Source: Octopus bimaculoides (lineage: Eukaryota). From it: a stretch of 64,000 nt of DNA. The position numbers and the translations under genes are program-made. Below the pieces are notes generated by a model. That model made no database searches and had not been told where the DNA came from. It saw only the letters and a list, made by a program, of their open reading frames with translations. Positions 1 to 12,169 of the stretch are shown here, piece after piece (position 1 is the first letter of the stretch; the number at the start of each line of letters is the position of its first letter). Location: the NCBI RefSeq assembly GCF_001194135.2, contig NC_068995.1, positions 38,848,705 through 38,912,704 of the forward strand, in the 5' to 3' direction.

Positions 1-42
<42 letters not shown>

Positions 43-767
43 CGTATATGTGTATGTATGTTATTGATCAGGTTTGTATCAAGATGTCTTGCCATCATCG
101 TTTTTATATACCGACCCAAGACAAAGATGAATAAATCTCGTCTATATATACAGATTCAAGACAAGGTGAATAAAGAGCAGAATATTTGATTGTTTTAATA
201 TATCCGCATAAATAATTATCCAAAAAAAATCAAGACCTGTGATTGGTAATCAAGTTCAGATTAGTCGATAGCAATTTCTAAATTTGAGCAAATGAACATA
301 CGTTTGAATGGATATATGTGTATTAAGGCATGTAATATTGCTTAAGAAGCCGCACGTCGATGGTGGTTATTTACAGCACTTACTGGGATATTTTTAAGAT
401 AGAAATCAAACATGAATCATCATCACGTACCCTTCTTTCTTAAAGTAGATACGCTATATTGAAGTAGCGATCTACTGAGATCTGTTTATTGCTTGTAGGT
501 TCAAAACACGTCGCACATACTTTTCAATTTGCTTCTTGCCTTCTGCATAAACAAGTATTAATTCTGCATTGGACAAACACACGCACACACACGCGCGTGC
601 ATAAAGACAGGAACACACACACACACACACATTCATATAGTTAAATGTATACACAGTAAGAATATAGTTATTACATTTTCTTCAATTGACAGGAGCACGA
701 AGCTCTAGCAAAGGACACGTGCTAAGGCCATCTCTACAAAGAAATTATAGCCAACACCGATTTTGTA

Positions 768-1500
768 ATGACGGATCGATTCCGAGACGCCAGATATGAA
801 ATGAACAATGAGATAGAGGATACAAAATATGGGTTATCGGCCTACATGACATATTTCGGGAGCTTTCGCCCCTTTATTAGTACCCAACTAAATTATTAAT
901 CATCCACGAATACATTAGATAAATAGCCACTACATATAGCTGTATGACGTTGTTGGATATACCAATTTATGTATTAAGCACGTTCCTGGAAGCTGGTACG
1001 TAAGTATTAACAACTTGCAGGAACATAGCATTTTGTTAGGCAACTATAATATACCAGAAAGTATATGAAACGATTTTATAAATGGATAATCAATGGGTTA
1101 GAAGAGTGCTGATGAAAAAGCCAAATATCCTGAAATATGGTATGTACACCCATTACCATTTTTTTTCATCCGTGATCGTTGGAAATTCAGGGCTGACTAT
1201 AATTTCTATGGTGTATCTGTAAAGATGACCTTAACACGTGATTCAAGAGCACTGCTATCACACTAATACACGGTTTTGAATTAGAAAATCGTTTAATATA
1301 ATTCATAGTATATTTCTGTTGCATAACGAAATTCCGTGTCTCTATAAATCATTGATATCTAGGAAACGTTTTACTGCAACGCATTCGTAGGTGTGCTTAT
1401 CATGGATGTTTAATCAGCAATCAGCTAATGAACGATTCACTACGATTCAAGTTCCCTATTCAAATTCATAATAATGGAATTGGAAGGCGACAGAGTGTCA
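768..1500 (+). pseudogene. Degraded major-capsid-protein-like relic (iridovirus/Nucleocytoviricota-type), candidate endogenous viral element
   Basis: Manual translation across two frame changes. 768-896: MTDRFRDARYEMNNEIEDTKYGLSAYMTYF. 940-1263: LYDVVGYTNLCIKHVPGSWYVSINNLQEHSILLGNYNIPES...KYPEIWYVHPLPFFFIRD...YGVSVKMTLTRDSRALL. 1322-1460: HNEIPCLYKSLI...NQQSANE. These match, in order, remembered iridovirus MCP motifs (TSGFID..EIE...YG.....xYF; ITFNDL; VPAS; LPLPFFFxRD; Y-x9-RD-x3-LL; NxxSAxE). Multiple stops and frameshifts; no search was run. Confidence 0.55.
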
Positions 1501-1844
1501 TGAGAATCTTAGAAATCAGCAGAAATATATATGTGTTTGTGTGTGTGTACATACATATATATGTGTGTATGTGTATGTATGTACATATGTGTGTGTATGT
1601 ATGTACATATGTATGTACATATGTGTGTGTGTGTGTGTGTGCGTGCATGCATGTGTGTGTGTGTAATTATGTTTTGTTTGGAATTTGTGTGTATGTGCTT
1701 AGAATAATGTATGAGTTGAATATAGTTAAAACATAGTCTGGTTTTCATGTTATTTATTATGGTGCTTTAACAAGATTAGTGCTTTCATACATAGTATAGT
1801 CATCTAGTTTCAAATGTTTAACTCTCAGTTGGGTTCTTCACAAA

Positions 1845-1952
1845 TTTAATGCCACTTAGAACGCTTCAACCAGCTGAAGTTTTATAATATATTTTTGATC
1901 AACAAGGCATTCTAAAACTTCAGCTGGTTGGAGCGTTCTACGAGGTACTAAA
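1845..1952. other. Long hairpin / inverted repeat (pre-miRNA-like or TA-flanked MITE)
   Basis: Arm 1857-1884 TAGAACGCTTCAACCAGCTGAAGTTTTA pairs with 1913-1940 TAAAACTTCAGCTGGTTGGAGCGTTCTA; the single mismatch is a U-G wobble on the plus strand. The 28-nt loop is partly pairable and an imperfect basal stem extends to about 1845/1952. Confidence 0.7.
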
Positions 1953-2120
1953 GTTGTCAAGAACTCAACTGTCATTTAAACACACTTGAAATCTGATCTA
2001 TGAAAGGGCTAATTTTGTCAAAACCCCACAATGAAAAGCGTGAAAACCAAACAAAGCTTTAACTTTATTCATTTGATATGTATGTATGCACGTATGTATG
2101 CACGTATGTATGTATATATA

Positions 2121-2156
<36 letters not shown>

Positions 2157-2316
2157 TGTATATGCGCGCACACACAAACACACATATTCCTTTGCTTTTC
2201 AAGATATGATTGGCATAAGCGAACTTGCTCTAGGCTCGGGGGCTCAGATCGTTTGTTTTATATGTATTACTATGGAATGAATTATTTTATAGCTTGTTTC
2301 ACTAAAGTAGTCACCA

Positions 2317-3047
2317 TGCTAACGAAGACGAATAATGATTTAAACTTTGGAACCATTTATTTCCTACTCATACGTTACAATGTGCGAGTGTACCACGTGT
2401 TCATACAAATATGCGGCAAGTGCACGGCAGCTGTGTGGAAAATGTACGGTAGACTACAAAATAAGACAAATACAAAAATAAGATGAACTTGAATACAAAG
2501 TTATTTGAACAGAGTTTTACTGATATTTGAGTTCCTGTTACAGAAGTTTCTTGTAACAAATTATGACTACAAACTAAATATATTCAACATGTTTATTATG
2601 ACTGATATACACGGGCGAAAAGTTCTAAATGAGGAAAAAATTTGAATATACAGATACACTTTCACTCATGGATATACCATTATCTACACATCATGATAAG
2701 TATACATCTCGGGTTAACATAAGGAAACAGCTAAATAACTTTATATTATCTCACAAAAACTTCGTTGGCTCATCATTAAAGAAGCTGCAAAAAATTGGTC
2801 ATACTGGTACAAAGTTACGTTCACTGTAACGAAAAATATCCTAAAAAAGCAAAATAAAAAATAGCATTCAGGGATGATAGAGGGTTTTCCGAGATATAGA
2901 GAGACACAAAGGACACCAGGAGGTTGTCTGAAAAATAAATACAAGATACAAAATTCAAGATAGAAACCTGAAGTGTCCCACTTCCGACGAGTTGTAAAAC
3001 TAAGACTAAATAGTAATACAACTATAAACTTATCGTTGGAGATAACA
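2317..3047 (-). repeat. 3' LTR of the BEL/Pao element
   Basis: Aligns end to end with 5610-6336 (shared TAACGAAGACG...TTGGAGATAACA); roughly 80-87% identical by eye. Confidence 0.9.
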
Positions 3048-3058
3048 CTCCGCCCCCT
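3048..3058 (-). other. Polypurine tract (plus-strand priming site)
   Basis: The minus strand reads AGGGGGCGGAG immediately before the TGTTATC start of the 3' LTR. Confidence 0.75.
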
Positions 3059-3179
3059 AACCGATGTGTTATTTACAGATAAATACTAATAAAAAAATGT
3101 ATGACGTCTCAAATAACAAACATACTGCAGCCGTGTAACTATTTACGCAGATGCTCGCCAACTCCCTGAAGTAAAATGA

Positions 3180-5560
3180 TTTGGGTAATCGGTCGTTGTA
3201 ATGGAATAGACTTAGTTTTCAGCGTAAGAGATGTAATATGTCCGTCCCTTCATTTCACTACTTCTTGTACTAACGCCATTGGCCAAATATTCCTTGAAGT
3301 GTCTTCTCCTGACATGACTACTAGATCTCCAACTGATGCATATCTACATAACTCTGTCCACTTGACCCGTATATGTAAATCAGGTAAATACAATTTTATC
3401 CATTGGGACCAGAACTGATCTGCTAAATGTTGTAGATATTTCCATCTCCTACGAAAAATACTTCTCATCAAATTTACCTTGAGTGACTATTGAAACTTTC
3501 TTAAGCCAAAAACAAAAAAAAATGATTGGGTGTTAACGGAGACGGATCCTTTGGATCGTCACTTAATTTCGTAAGTGGCCTTACAATTTAAGAAAGATTC
3601 AACCTCTGCGAACACTGTCTCCTCCAGAATTCCATCAGTGAATCTAGCAGGAACAGAAAGTAACATTTCCATAATTCTCCTAGCACAACCTCGAATGCAT
3701 TCATAGCCACCACCACCCCCGCCCCATATGAGAAGCTACTGGTGGGTTGAAATGCAAACTTATGTTTCAATTCAATGCGTAAGGCTGGATATCAGTCTGA
3801 GATAGCACCTGTAGACTCCTTTTTAACTCAGCTCTAGCCCCCAAAAGTTTGCACCATTGTCTGAGTAAGCCTTATTTGAGTGACCCCTTCTAGATATCAA
3901 TCTGCAAAACAGTTGATGAAAGATTCAGTGTCTAGACTATGTAAGATCGTAATATGTACCGCTCTAGTTACAAGACATGTGAACATACAATTGAAACGCT
4001 TTACTTCAGAACGATTGATTTTGACTATGAAATGTCCAACGATATCTACACCAATGCATGGAACAGGAGGTTTATCTGATTCAATTCTCTACTTAGGGAG
4101 GTTTGCCATAATTTGAGGAGCTACCTTGGCAAATGACTTCCTACATACAACACATTAACGGAGAACTTTCTTGACAACCGATCTACCACCTGTAATGCAA
4201 TAATACCGTCTGATAAGTCCCAAAAGTCCATTTCTGCTTACATGAGCTTTTCTGTGGACATGAGCAGCAATACACTCACCAGTGGCATGTTTACCTGACA
4301 CTATGACCGGATTGTGGATTTCAGCTGTAAACTCAACAAATCTAACACCTACCAAGAGAGTACCATAATTATCTAGAAACGGGTAGAGTGAGGGTACTGG
4401 ATTTCCCGATACATTTTTTCACCAGTAATCTATCTAATTCGTCTTCATAATTTATTCGCTGAGCTCTCATGATTAGAGACACCTCGGTATGTTGGATTTC
4501 GTCAACACATGAAGGTCCCGGTTTGAAGCAACCATGCTAAAACACGTTACATACTGCACCAGTCTGAATAAGGTTCCCTGATCTTATCTATAGGATTCAC
4601 ACTACCTACCTGAAGAGCATTATACCTTCTAATTAGGTCTTTTCTGATCTCCATATCACCCAATAACAATTCACCACTGTTTTTGTATGGTTGCCATTCA
4701 TCGGTTTTGTATTACCTTAAGGTGGGTTCATCGAACCACAATTCGGTATCTCATTTCCTAAAAACCAGACCTCGACTAACAATGTCCGCAGGATTATTTC
4801 TGCTTGAGACATAAAGACCCTTCTCTGATAAGATTAACTATATTTTCTTTAAATATCTGGAACTGTTTGGTTTCGTTTATAATGTACACCAAAAATACTT
4901 TAGAATCTGGCCAAAATAACGTTCGATTCTGGTTTCCAATTCTTTTCTCAGAAGCGTGTCAGCTCTAATTGACAAAGCAGATGCTTGTAATTCCAATCGT
5001 GGATTGGTACGTTATTTGAGAGGTGCAACTCTATTTTTGCTTATGATAAGCTGTGTATGAATACTTCCAAATTTGTTGACACACATGATATAGCTACAAC
5101 AAACATAGTCTGACAAGCTTGCATGTGAAAACAATGATGTAATTCCAAATATGCCTCATTAAAACCCAGTGGTTTAATACAACTCGGAATTTGCACTTGA
5201 TTGAGTAACTCCAACGTTTCCAACCATTGTTTCCTCTGCTCACGAAGTTCCACAAAAACTGGTTAATCCCAATTGTATTTGCAACGAGTAGCATCCTAAA
5301 AAAATCAACTTGCCCATATTATTGGGCCAACAATCTCAAGCGAGTTATACATCGATGACACAACGCTCAACATTTTCCTCCTTGTAACAATGCATTATTT
5401 CACATAATTCATTTCAAATGTCAGGGCTCTCGTAGACAATGTCCTTTCTTTTTTGAGATCCACGGTTATAAAGCTTTTGCTATTCAGATCCATCTCTGGC
5501 ATAAATTCAATTTTCAACTCCTTTTCAACAACTGTGAAGTCCTCTGCAAAGATTTTCTCC
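3180..5560 (-). pseudogene. Degenerate BEL/Pao pol: RT connection, RNase H, integrase and C-terminal domain
   Basis: Minus-strand peptides WLETLELLNQVQIP...ELHH, KNRVAPLK*RTNPRLELQA, FWPDS, NPADIVSRGL, YSDNGANF and RRRWKYLQHLADQFWSQWIKLYLPDL...VGDLV...RNIWPMALV are Pao/BEL hallmark motifs. Many stops and frameshifts. Confidence 0.9.
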
Positions 5561-5609
5561 TGTTTATGCGCCGTGTAGAAACTTAGGTGAGCGGAGTCTC
5601 AGTCGTCAG

Positions 5610-6336
5610 TGTAATAACGAAGACGAACAGTGGTTTAAACTTTGGAGCCATTTATTTCCTACTCATACGTTACAATGTGCGAGTGTACCGTGTGTACATA
5701 CAAATGTACAGCACGTGCACGACAACTGTACGGAAAATGTACGGTAGACTACAAACTAAGACAAATACAAAATAAGATAAATTTGACTACAAAATTATTT
5801 GAACAGGGTTTTACTGATATCTGAGTTCCTGTTATAAACGTTTCTTGTAACAAAGTATGACTAGAAAATAAATACATTCAATATGTTTGTTATGACTGAT
5901 ATACACGGGCGAAAGGCACTAAACGAGGAAAAATGTTGAATTTACAGACACACTTTCACTCATGGATATGCCATTATCTGCACATCATAATAATTATACA
6001 TTTCGGATTAACGTAAGGAAACAACTAAATATATTTAAATTATCTTATAAAATTTTCGTCGGCTCATCATTATAGAAGGAGCAACAAATGGTCATACTGG
6101 TACACAGTCACGTTCAATGTAACGTAAAATATCCTAAAAAAGCAACAGAAAAATAACATTCAGGGATGATAGAGGGTTTTCCGAGATATAGATGGACACA
6201 AAGGACACCAGCAGGTTGACTGAAAACAAAAAACAACCACGAGCACAGATATAAACCTGAAGTGTCCCACTCCCGGCAACTTGTAAAACTAAGAATAAAT
6301 AATAATACAACAATAAAATTATTGTTGGAGATAACA
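5610..6336 (-). repeat. 5' LTR of the BEL/Pao element
   Basis: Starts TGTAATAACG and ends GGAGATAACA; homologous to 2317-3047. Confidence 0.9.
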
Positions 6337-7114
6337 ATTATAACGCACAAGTCTGATAACCTCCTTAGTAGTAGTATCACTAAATACTTAGTATCTCCGT
6401 TAGAGGAAGTTGTGTACACAAAGTGATTTTCAATGGCCAATTGGAATGTAAATGTAAGTAGCCATTTTCGATTCTTATTGAGAATTTATTGCATAACACA
6501 TTTGCATTATGAAGCATGAAATTATGTTCCCTTTGAATAAGTATAGGTAATATTTTCCCATATGTTTTGGATTTCCGTCTCCTACTTTAGAGGAATTTTG
6601 TTTTCTAAAATATTCTTAGTGGCCGGCATTGAAATTCTTCACATTCCAATTTCATTATAGAAATTCTTAATATATATTGAATTATTTTGATTAAACAAAT
6701 TTTTGATTTAATTATACAAATTCTTTACTTTTAATGATTTATTTCACTTGCTGTCCACATTTTAGGTGTGAAAATCTTGACCAAAAATATAGCGAATCTA
6801 TTCGTTTATACGAGCTGTAAATGTACTATAAGAAAGTAGAGCACATATTTGTATTTGTTTGCAACTAATGCAAAAATGTACTTTCCTAAGCAAGAAATAA
6901 AGCTTCGTCTCCGATTGTCATTATTAACAATTCCTTCCGTCGTCCACAAAGAAATTTCAATAGACATTTTTTTCTGCATCACATCTTGTATAGCGCACAT
7001 TTTTAATTCAATGTATATATGCATATGTCTATTTCTATATGTTCGTATATGTACATCTGTATCTACACCAATAATACATACATGCATACGTACATATGTA
7101 TGTAAATATGTATG

Positions 7115-7148
<34 letters not shown>

Positions 7149-7738
7149 TGTGTACATAAATGTATATATGCATATCTATGTGCATGTATATATATATATA
7201 TATANNNNNNNNNNNNNNNNNNNNNNNNNNNNNNNNNNNNNNNNNNNNNNNNNNNNNNNNNNNNNNNNNNNNNNNNNNNNNNNNNNNNNNNNNNNNNNNN
7301 NNNNNNNNNNNNNNNNNNNNNNNNNNNNNNNNNNNNNNNNNNNNNNNNNNNNNNNNNNNNNNNNNNNNNNNNNNNNNNNNNNNNNNNNNNNNNNNNNNNN
7401 NNNNNNNNNNNNNNNNNNNNNNNTATATATATATATATATATATTTATAAATATAGTGCATGTTTACGAATTGGACTATTTCTATCCTCATACATATATA
7501 AATACAAAATTGGTTGCGGGATAATACACTTAAGTCTAAAAGATTTATATATTACTCCACATCAACCAAACTACCATGTATCCATTTGCAGATAATCAGC
7601 TTATTCAATATCTCCACTTCAGGGGAAGAGAGATCGGGATTATGAACATGGAAATACTTCTTAACAGAATCAACAGAGAATATGCAAGATGCACCATCTC
7701 TAACTCACACATACACACATGTGTGTTTGTGTATATAC

Positions 7739-7775
<37 letters not shown>

Positions 7776-8224
7776 CATAGATATACTAAACAACATAAGA
7801 TAGTTATTTATGTTGAAGACAGATGGCTAGTAGTATCTCAAAAATTTTACATACTATCAGCGGATAACATTCAAAGACTCATTTGGGTAGCTATGCATAA
7901 GTTCTATTTTGTAACTATGTACTGTGTAATATGCGAAGAATAGTTATGCTTAGATACTGAATAAAGTAGCTTGGAATAACAAGTTAATATAATTCCAAAA
8001 TATAATATACTTAAATGCATACATAATTACATATATGTGTGCGCGACTGTTCATGCGTGCTTGTGTGGGTGTATACATTTAAAGTGGTATACGTGGTATA
8101 TGTATGTGTATATATAAGTATATATAATTTGTGTGGAAACAAGTTTTATTACTTTTAAGTAAGCCCATGTATCTCAACAATTTAGATGATGTTATGTGCG
8201 TGAGTACACATATCTATCTATTTT

Positions 8225-8283
<59 letters not shown>

Positions 8284-8810
8284 GTCTGTCTATCTGTCTA
8301 TCTATCTATCTATCTATCTAATAGATAGATAGGTAGATAGAGAGAGAGAGAGAGAGAGTTAGATAGGGAAGGAAAGGAAAAGAGAATGTGTGAATTAGAG
8401 AATGATACATTTGATTTATGAAACAAAGTGAGCTTTAATAACTGAGTATATGCTTCTAAAAGACACATATATACGTGCATGTGTGTATGATTTGTGTGTA
8501 TGTTTGTGTGCATGGATGCATGTGTGTTCACATATATGTATATATATATATATNNNNNNNNNNGATAAACAAAATCAATGGATGTGTATAGAGGAGAATA
8601 ACTTAAAAAAGAAAAAGAAAAAGCAATCATAGCTAATATACATGCTTTTAAAAATATGACAACAAATTTTAATCATATTTCTTCGCTCATTCTCTTTTGT
8701 ATCTGTTCGTCTTTCTGATGAGTGAGCAATTTTCCATTCTATTATATTGATAATACATGATGTTATTTTACTCAAGGCTACAAAGTATTCAAGAACTTAA
8801 CATTAATATA

Positions 8811-9012
<202 letters not shown>

Positions 9013-9635
9013 GTCGTCATCGTAGTTGTAGCTTATGATGTTGTTTTAGTTGATGTGATTATTAGTTTGAGATGTTATTAGTTTTACGTTTGGAGATCTT
9101 TTGAATATCATAAGATACATATTGCAATAAATTAATTCAAAATATATAATTTGCTCTGGAATGTATTTTTCTTGCGAAACATTCTGAGCCCAGACGTTGT
9201 GCGTTTCAATTTTGACTTGTGTCTTTAGAGATGTAATCGAAAAACTACCAATTATATAGTGCATGTTAATGTTTGCAACCGCATTTAAAAGTGATGTCAT
9301 GTTTCATCATCATAACAAATCAGGTTGCCTATTTTTCATGCCGAGTTCGATTTGGCCTTCAGTTTTTACAAGATATATAAACTAGCCAAATATTCATTTT
9401 GTTCTGGTGTCTATGTGAATGGATATTCACTAAAATAAAACGCCTAATGACTGAGCTAGAAATCAATTTAACTCTCCATATATACATGCATATATACACG
9501 TATATGTATGTATATGTGCGAATAATCATTGTGATTCACAATAGCCCTGTTCTTCGTCTAGGCATAGATTTCCGTTAACAGTCTTGAATTAACCATAGAT
9601 GTGTTATTTTATTTGTTTCAATTGGTAAAATTTAG

Positions 9636-9766
9636 CAACCATGATCTTGAGCAAGGACATTCAGATTAATTTGAGAGATGGATCGAAAATTCTTCAAGGT
9701 GGACAGCGGGTTCGAATGCTTGCAGCATATTATGGGGATATTACAGTCATCGAAGGTGAACTGTAA
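9636..9766 (+). CDS. Candidate host exon, unidentified: MILSKDIQINLRDGSKILQGGQRVRMLAAYYGDITVIEGEL*
   Basis: TTTAG acceptor-like site at 9635, only one open plus frame, locally raised GC, protein-like composition; no family recognised. Confidence 0.3.
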
Positions 9767-10178
9767 ATGAATACTAGGCTGACAGTGAAGCGTACATGTT
9801 TGTTGCCTTTTATACTTTTATATCTAAATGTATATGAGTAAATTTATTTATATATATATNNNNNNNNNNNNNNNNNNNNNNNNNNNNNNNNNNNNNNNNN
9901 NNNNNNNNNNNNNNNNNNNNNNNNNNNNNNNNNNNNNNNNNNNNNNNNNNNNNNNNNNNNNNNNNNNNNNNNNNNNNNNNNNNNNNNNNNNNNNNNNNNN
10001 NNNNNNNNNNNNNNNNNNNNNNNNNNNNNNNNNNNNNNNNNNNNNNNNNNNNNNNNNNNNNNNNNNNNNNNNNNNNNNNNNNNNNNNNNNNNNNNNNNNN
10101 NNNNNNNNNNNNNNNNNNNNNNNNNNNNNNNNNNNNNNNNNNNNNNNNNNNNNNNNNNNNNNNNNNNNNNNNNNNNNN

Positions 10179-10234
<56 letters not shown>

Positions 10235-10290
10235 GTGTGTGTCCCACATCGCTTGACAACCGATACTGAAACAAGTAAAAGAATAAAAGA
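10179..10290 (+). mobile_element. 3' part of a (GT)n-containing SINE with an internal deletion; head probably in the upstream gap
   Basis: (GT)n then CACATCGCTTGACAACCGAT joined directly to ACTGAAACAAGTAAAAGA; the fuller copy at 29105-29300 ends in a similar ...TGAAACAAGTAAAA tail. Confidence 0.6.
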
Positions 10291-10379
10291 ATAGTTTTAC
10301 ATAAGAACTATAAAGGCTGAAGAAAATTTCTACAAATCCCATAGCTGGTTTGCTTGGTTTGGTGGTCAATACAATGATT

Positions 10380-11250
10380 GTTAATTTATTTCATCGTCAG
10401 GGAGCGGTTGACAGGTGTTGAAAGGCGATTAAAGATGGAATAGTTTTGTGGAGTGCTAAATGTATTGGAGTGGGGAGTTAGGGAGGGATTTAGATAAAGG
10501 AGAAAAGATATTTCAAGTGTTAGGGATTAATAATGAGGTTAGTAGGGAGTTATAGTAGTAGAGGTGGAAGGTAGAAGGAAGAGGGGTTGGTGGCTTAGGC
10601 GGTAAGTGAATGCTAGCCTTTTTGTTATTTTGTGCGAAAGCTATAGAATTAACGTTTATGATATTGAGAATAGGAAGACAGGAGCCTCTCAAATGATATG
10701 GTGAGAAACTCGACAATTGGAAGTTACTCTACTTGTTCCGTGGTTGGAGTTTACTGCTAGTGAATTTGAGCCCCGTTTTTCCATTCTTAGTTGGTGGAGG
10801 TCCGAAGTGTAATCTGTATTAGTGGTAATATTACAAGTGTATTAGAAGTATAATCTGTATTTGTATTGGATTTGGAAGTGGCATTAGAGCTAGTATATGG
10901 TGTTGGGTGGGTAGCCTTGTGGGAAGATGGATTGAGCCTGGTATTATTTGATTGAAGTGGAGTTATTGAAGGTTGTGTTATTGCTAATTTGTGGATTAAT
11001 GTGGGAAACAATGTGAGAGTTTGGGTGTTCCGAGGACTGGTGTTGAGGTTTACATCTGTTAGATAACACGGTCATGGATCCCAAGTTAGATGTGGTGTAG
11101 AAAGTGATTTTCACGGATGAAAGATAGGTTTGTATTTATGCTGTTTTGGAAAATTAAATTTTAGGATTATTAAGTAGAGTTTACGTAGAGATTTCACGCG
11201 AAGAGAGAAAGGTGGTGCGAAGCATAAGATTTGCAGCTTCCTAGTCTTAG
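10380..11250 (-). mobile_element. Heavily degraded retroelement-like ORF relic (Penelope N-terminus or LINE ORF1/endonuclease start)
   Basis: Strong strand asymmetry (C/A-rich minus strand) with protein-like fragments such as ILNIINVNSI; no diagnostic motif is intact. Confidence 0.3.
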
Positions 11251-11988
11251 AATGATTAGAGTATCTATGCTTTTTTATAAATTAGAAACTTTACTTCTGG
11301 TGATATACTGCTTAAATTAATTTTAAATATATAGCTAGTGATCTTCCACAATTTAATCTTGTTTATGTGCATTCTTTACTGATGTCAGCTTGACTTATTA
11401 CAAGCAAGATAGAAATTTCATATTTATTTATTATCAAGTATAAATTTCTGTTCAAAATAATTAATGGAAGTCATAGGTTGAAATCGATAATATTCATTTC
11501 ATTGTCTCTTTAACTTACAATGATGCTGGATTCTATTAATTCACGGAACGTAACCAAAATAATACAAATTTCGCTGAAAACGGGACAGGAATAAAGTAGC
11601 AAATATCTCTTAATCCGATTACAATATTTTACAAAGCTTTTAAGCCCCATTATGTTGTGCACATTAACTCAATAAGCGATTTCTTGGAGTTAATACAGAT
11701 ATTTTATAATACATGCTGATATATTCCAGAAAACATGTTACTTGCTAAATTAAATCCCGTGCAATACATTTAATGATTTTAAACATATATTGGGCTATTT
11801 TTAAAGATAATACGAGGATCCATTTTCGTAAGACTGAGAATCAAGACACAAGAGATTGATAAAATGGTATACTAACATGGACAATAATTGGACATATGTC
11901 ATTCATATTAGTACGTCAAATGATATCAAAATTGCTAAAAGAAATTTTCGCTTACCGAGTGGTGCTAACCTCTTCTGTATACACGCAT

Positions 11989-12065
<77 letters not shown>

Positions 12066-12169
12066 CACACACACACACACACACAAGCAATCACAAGTAT
12101 ACACACAGACAAACACAAGCATACACACAGGCACAATCACGCACACACATATACAGTCTATTAAAAAGT

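Larger units (their letters stand above)
2317..6336 (-). mobile_element. BEL/Pao LTR retrotransposon, internally deleted (gag, protease and most of RT missing)
   Basis: Two related direct repeats of about 730 bp with TG...CA ends flank a 2.56-kb internal region with Pao-type RNase H, integrase and C-terminal motifs on the minus strand. A polypurine tract abuts the left LTR. Confidence 0.95.

Noticed and set aside
2310-6345. Target-site duplication for the BEL/Pao element
   Set aside because: The flanks CACCA and ATTAT do not match; none is claimed.
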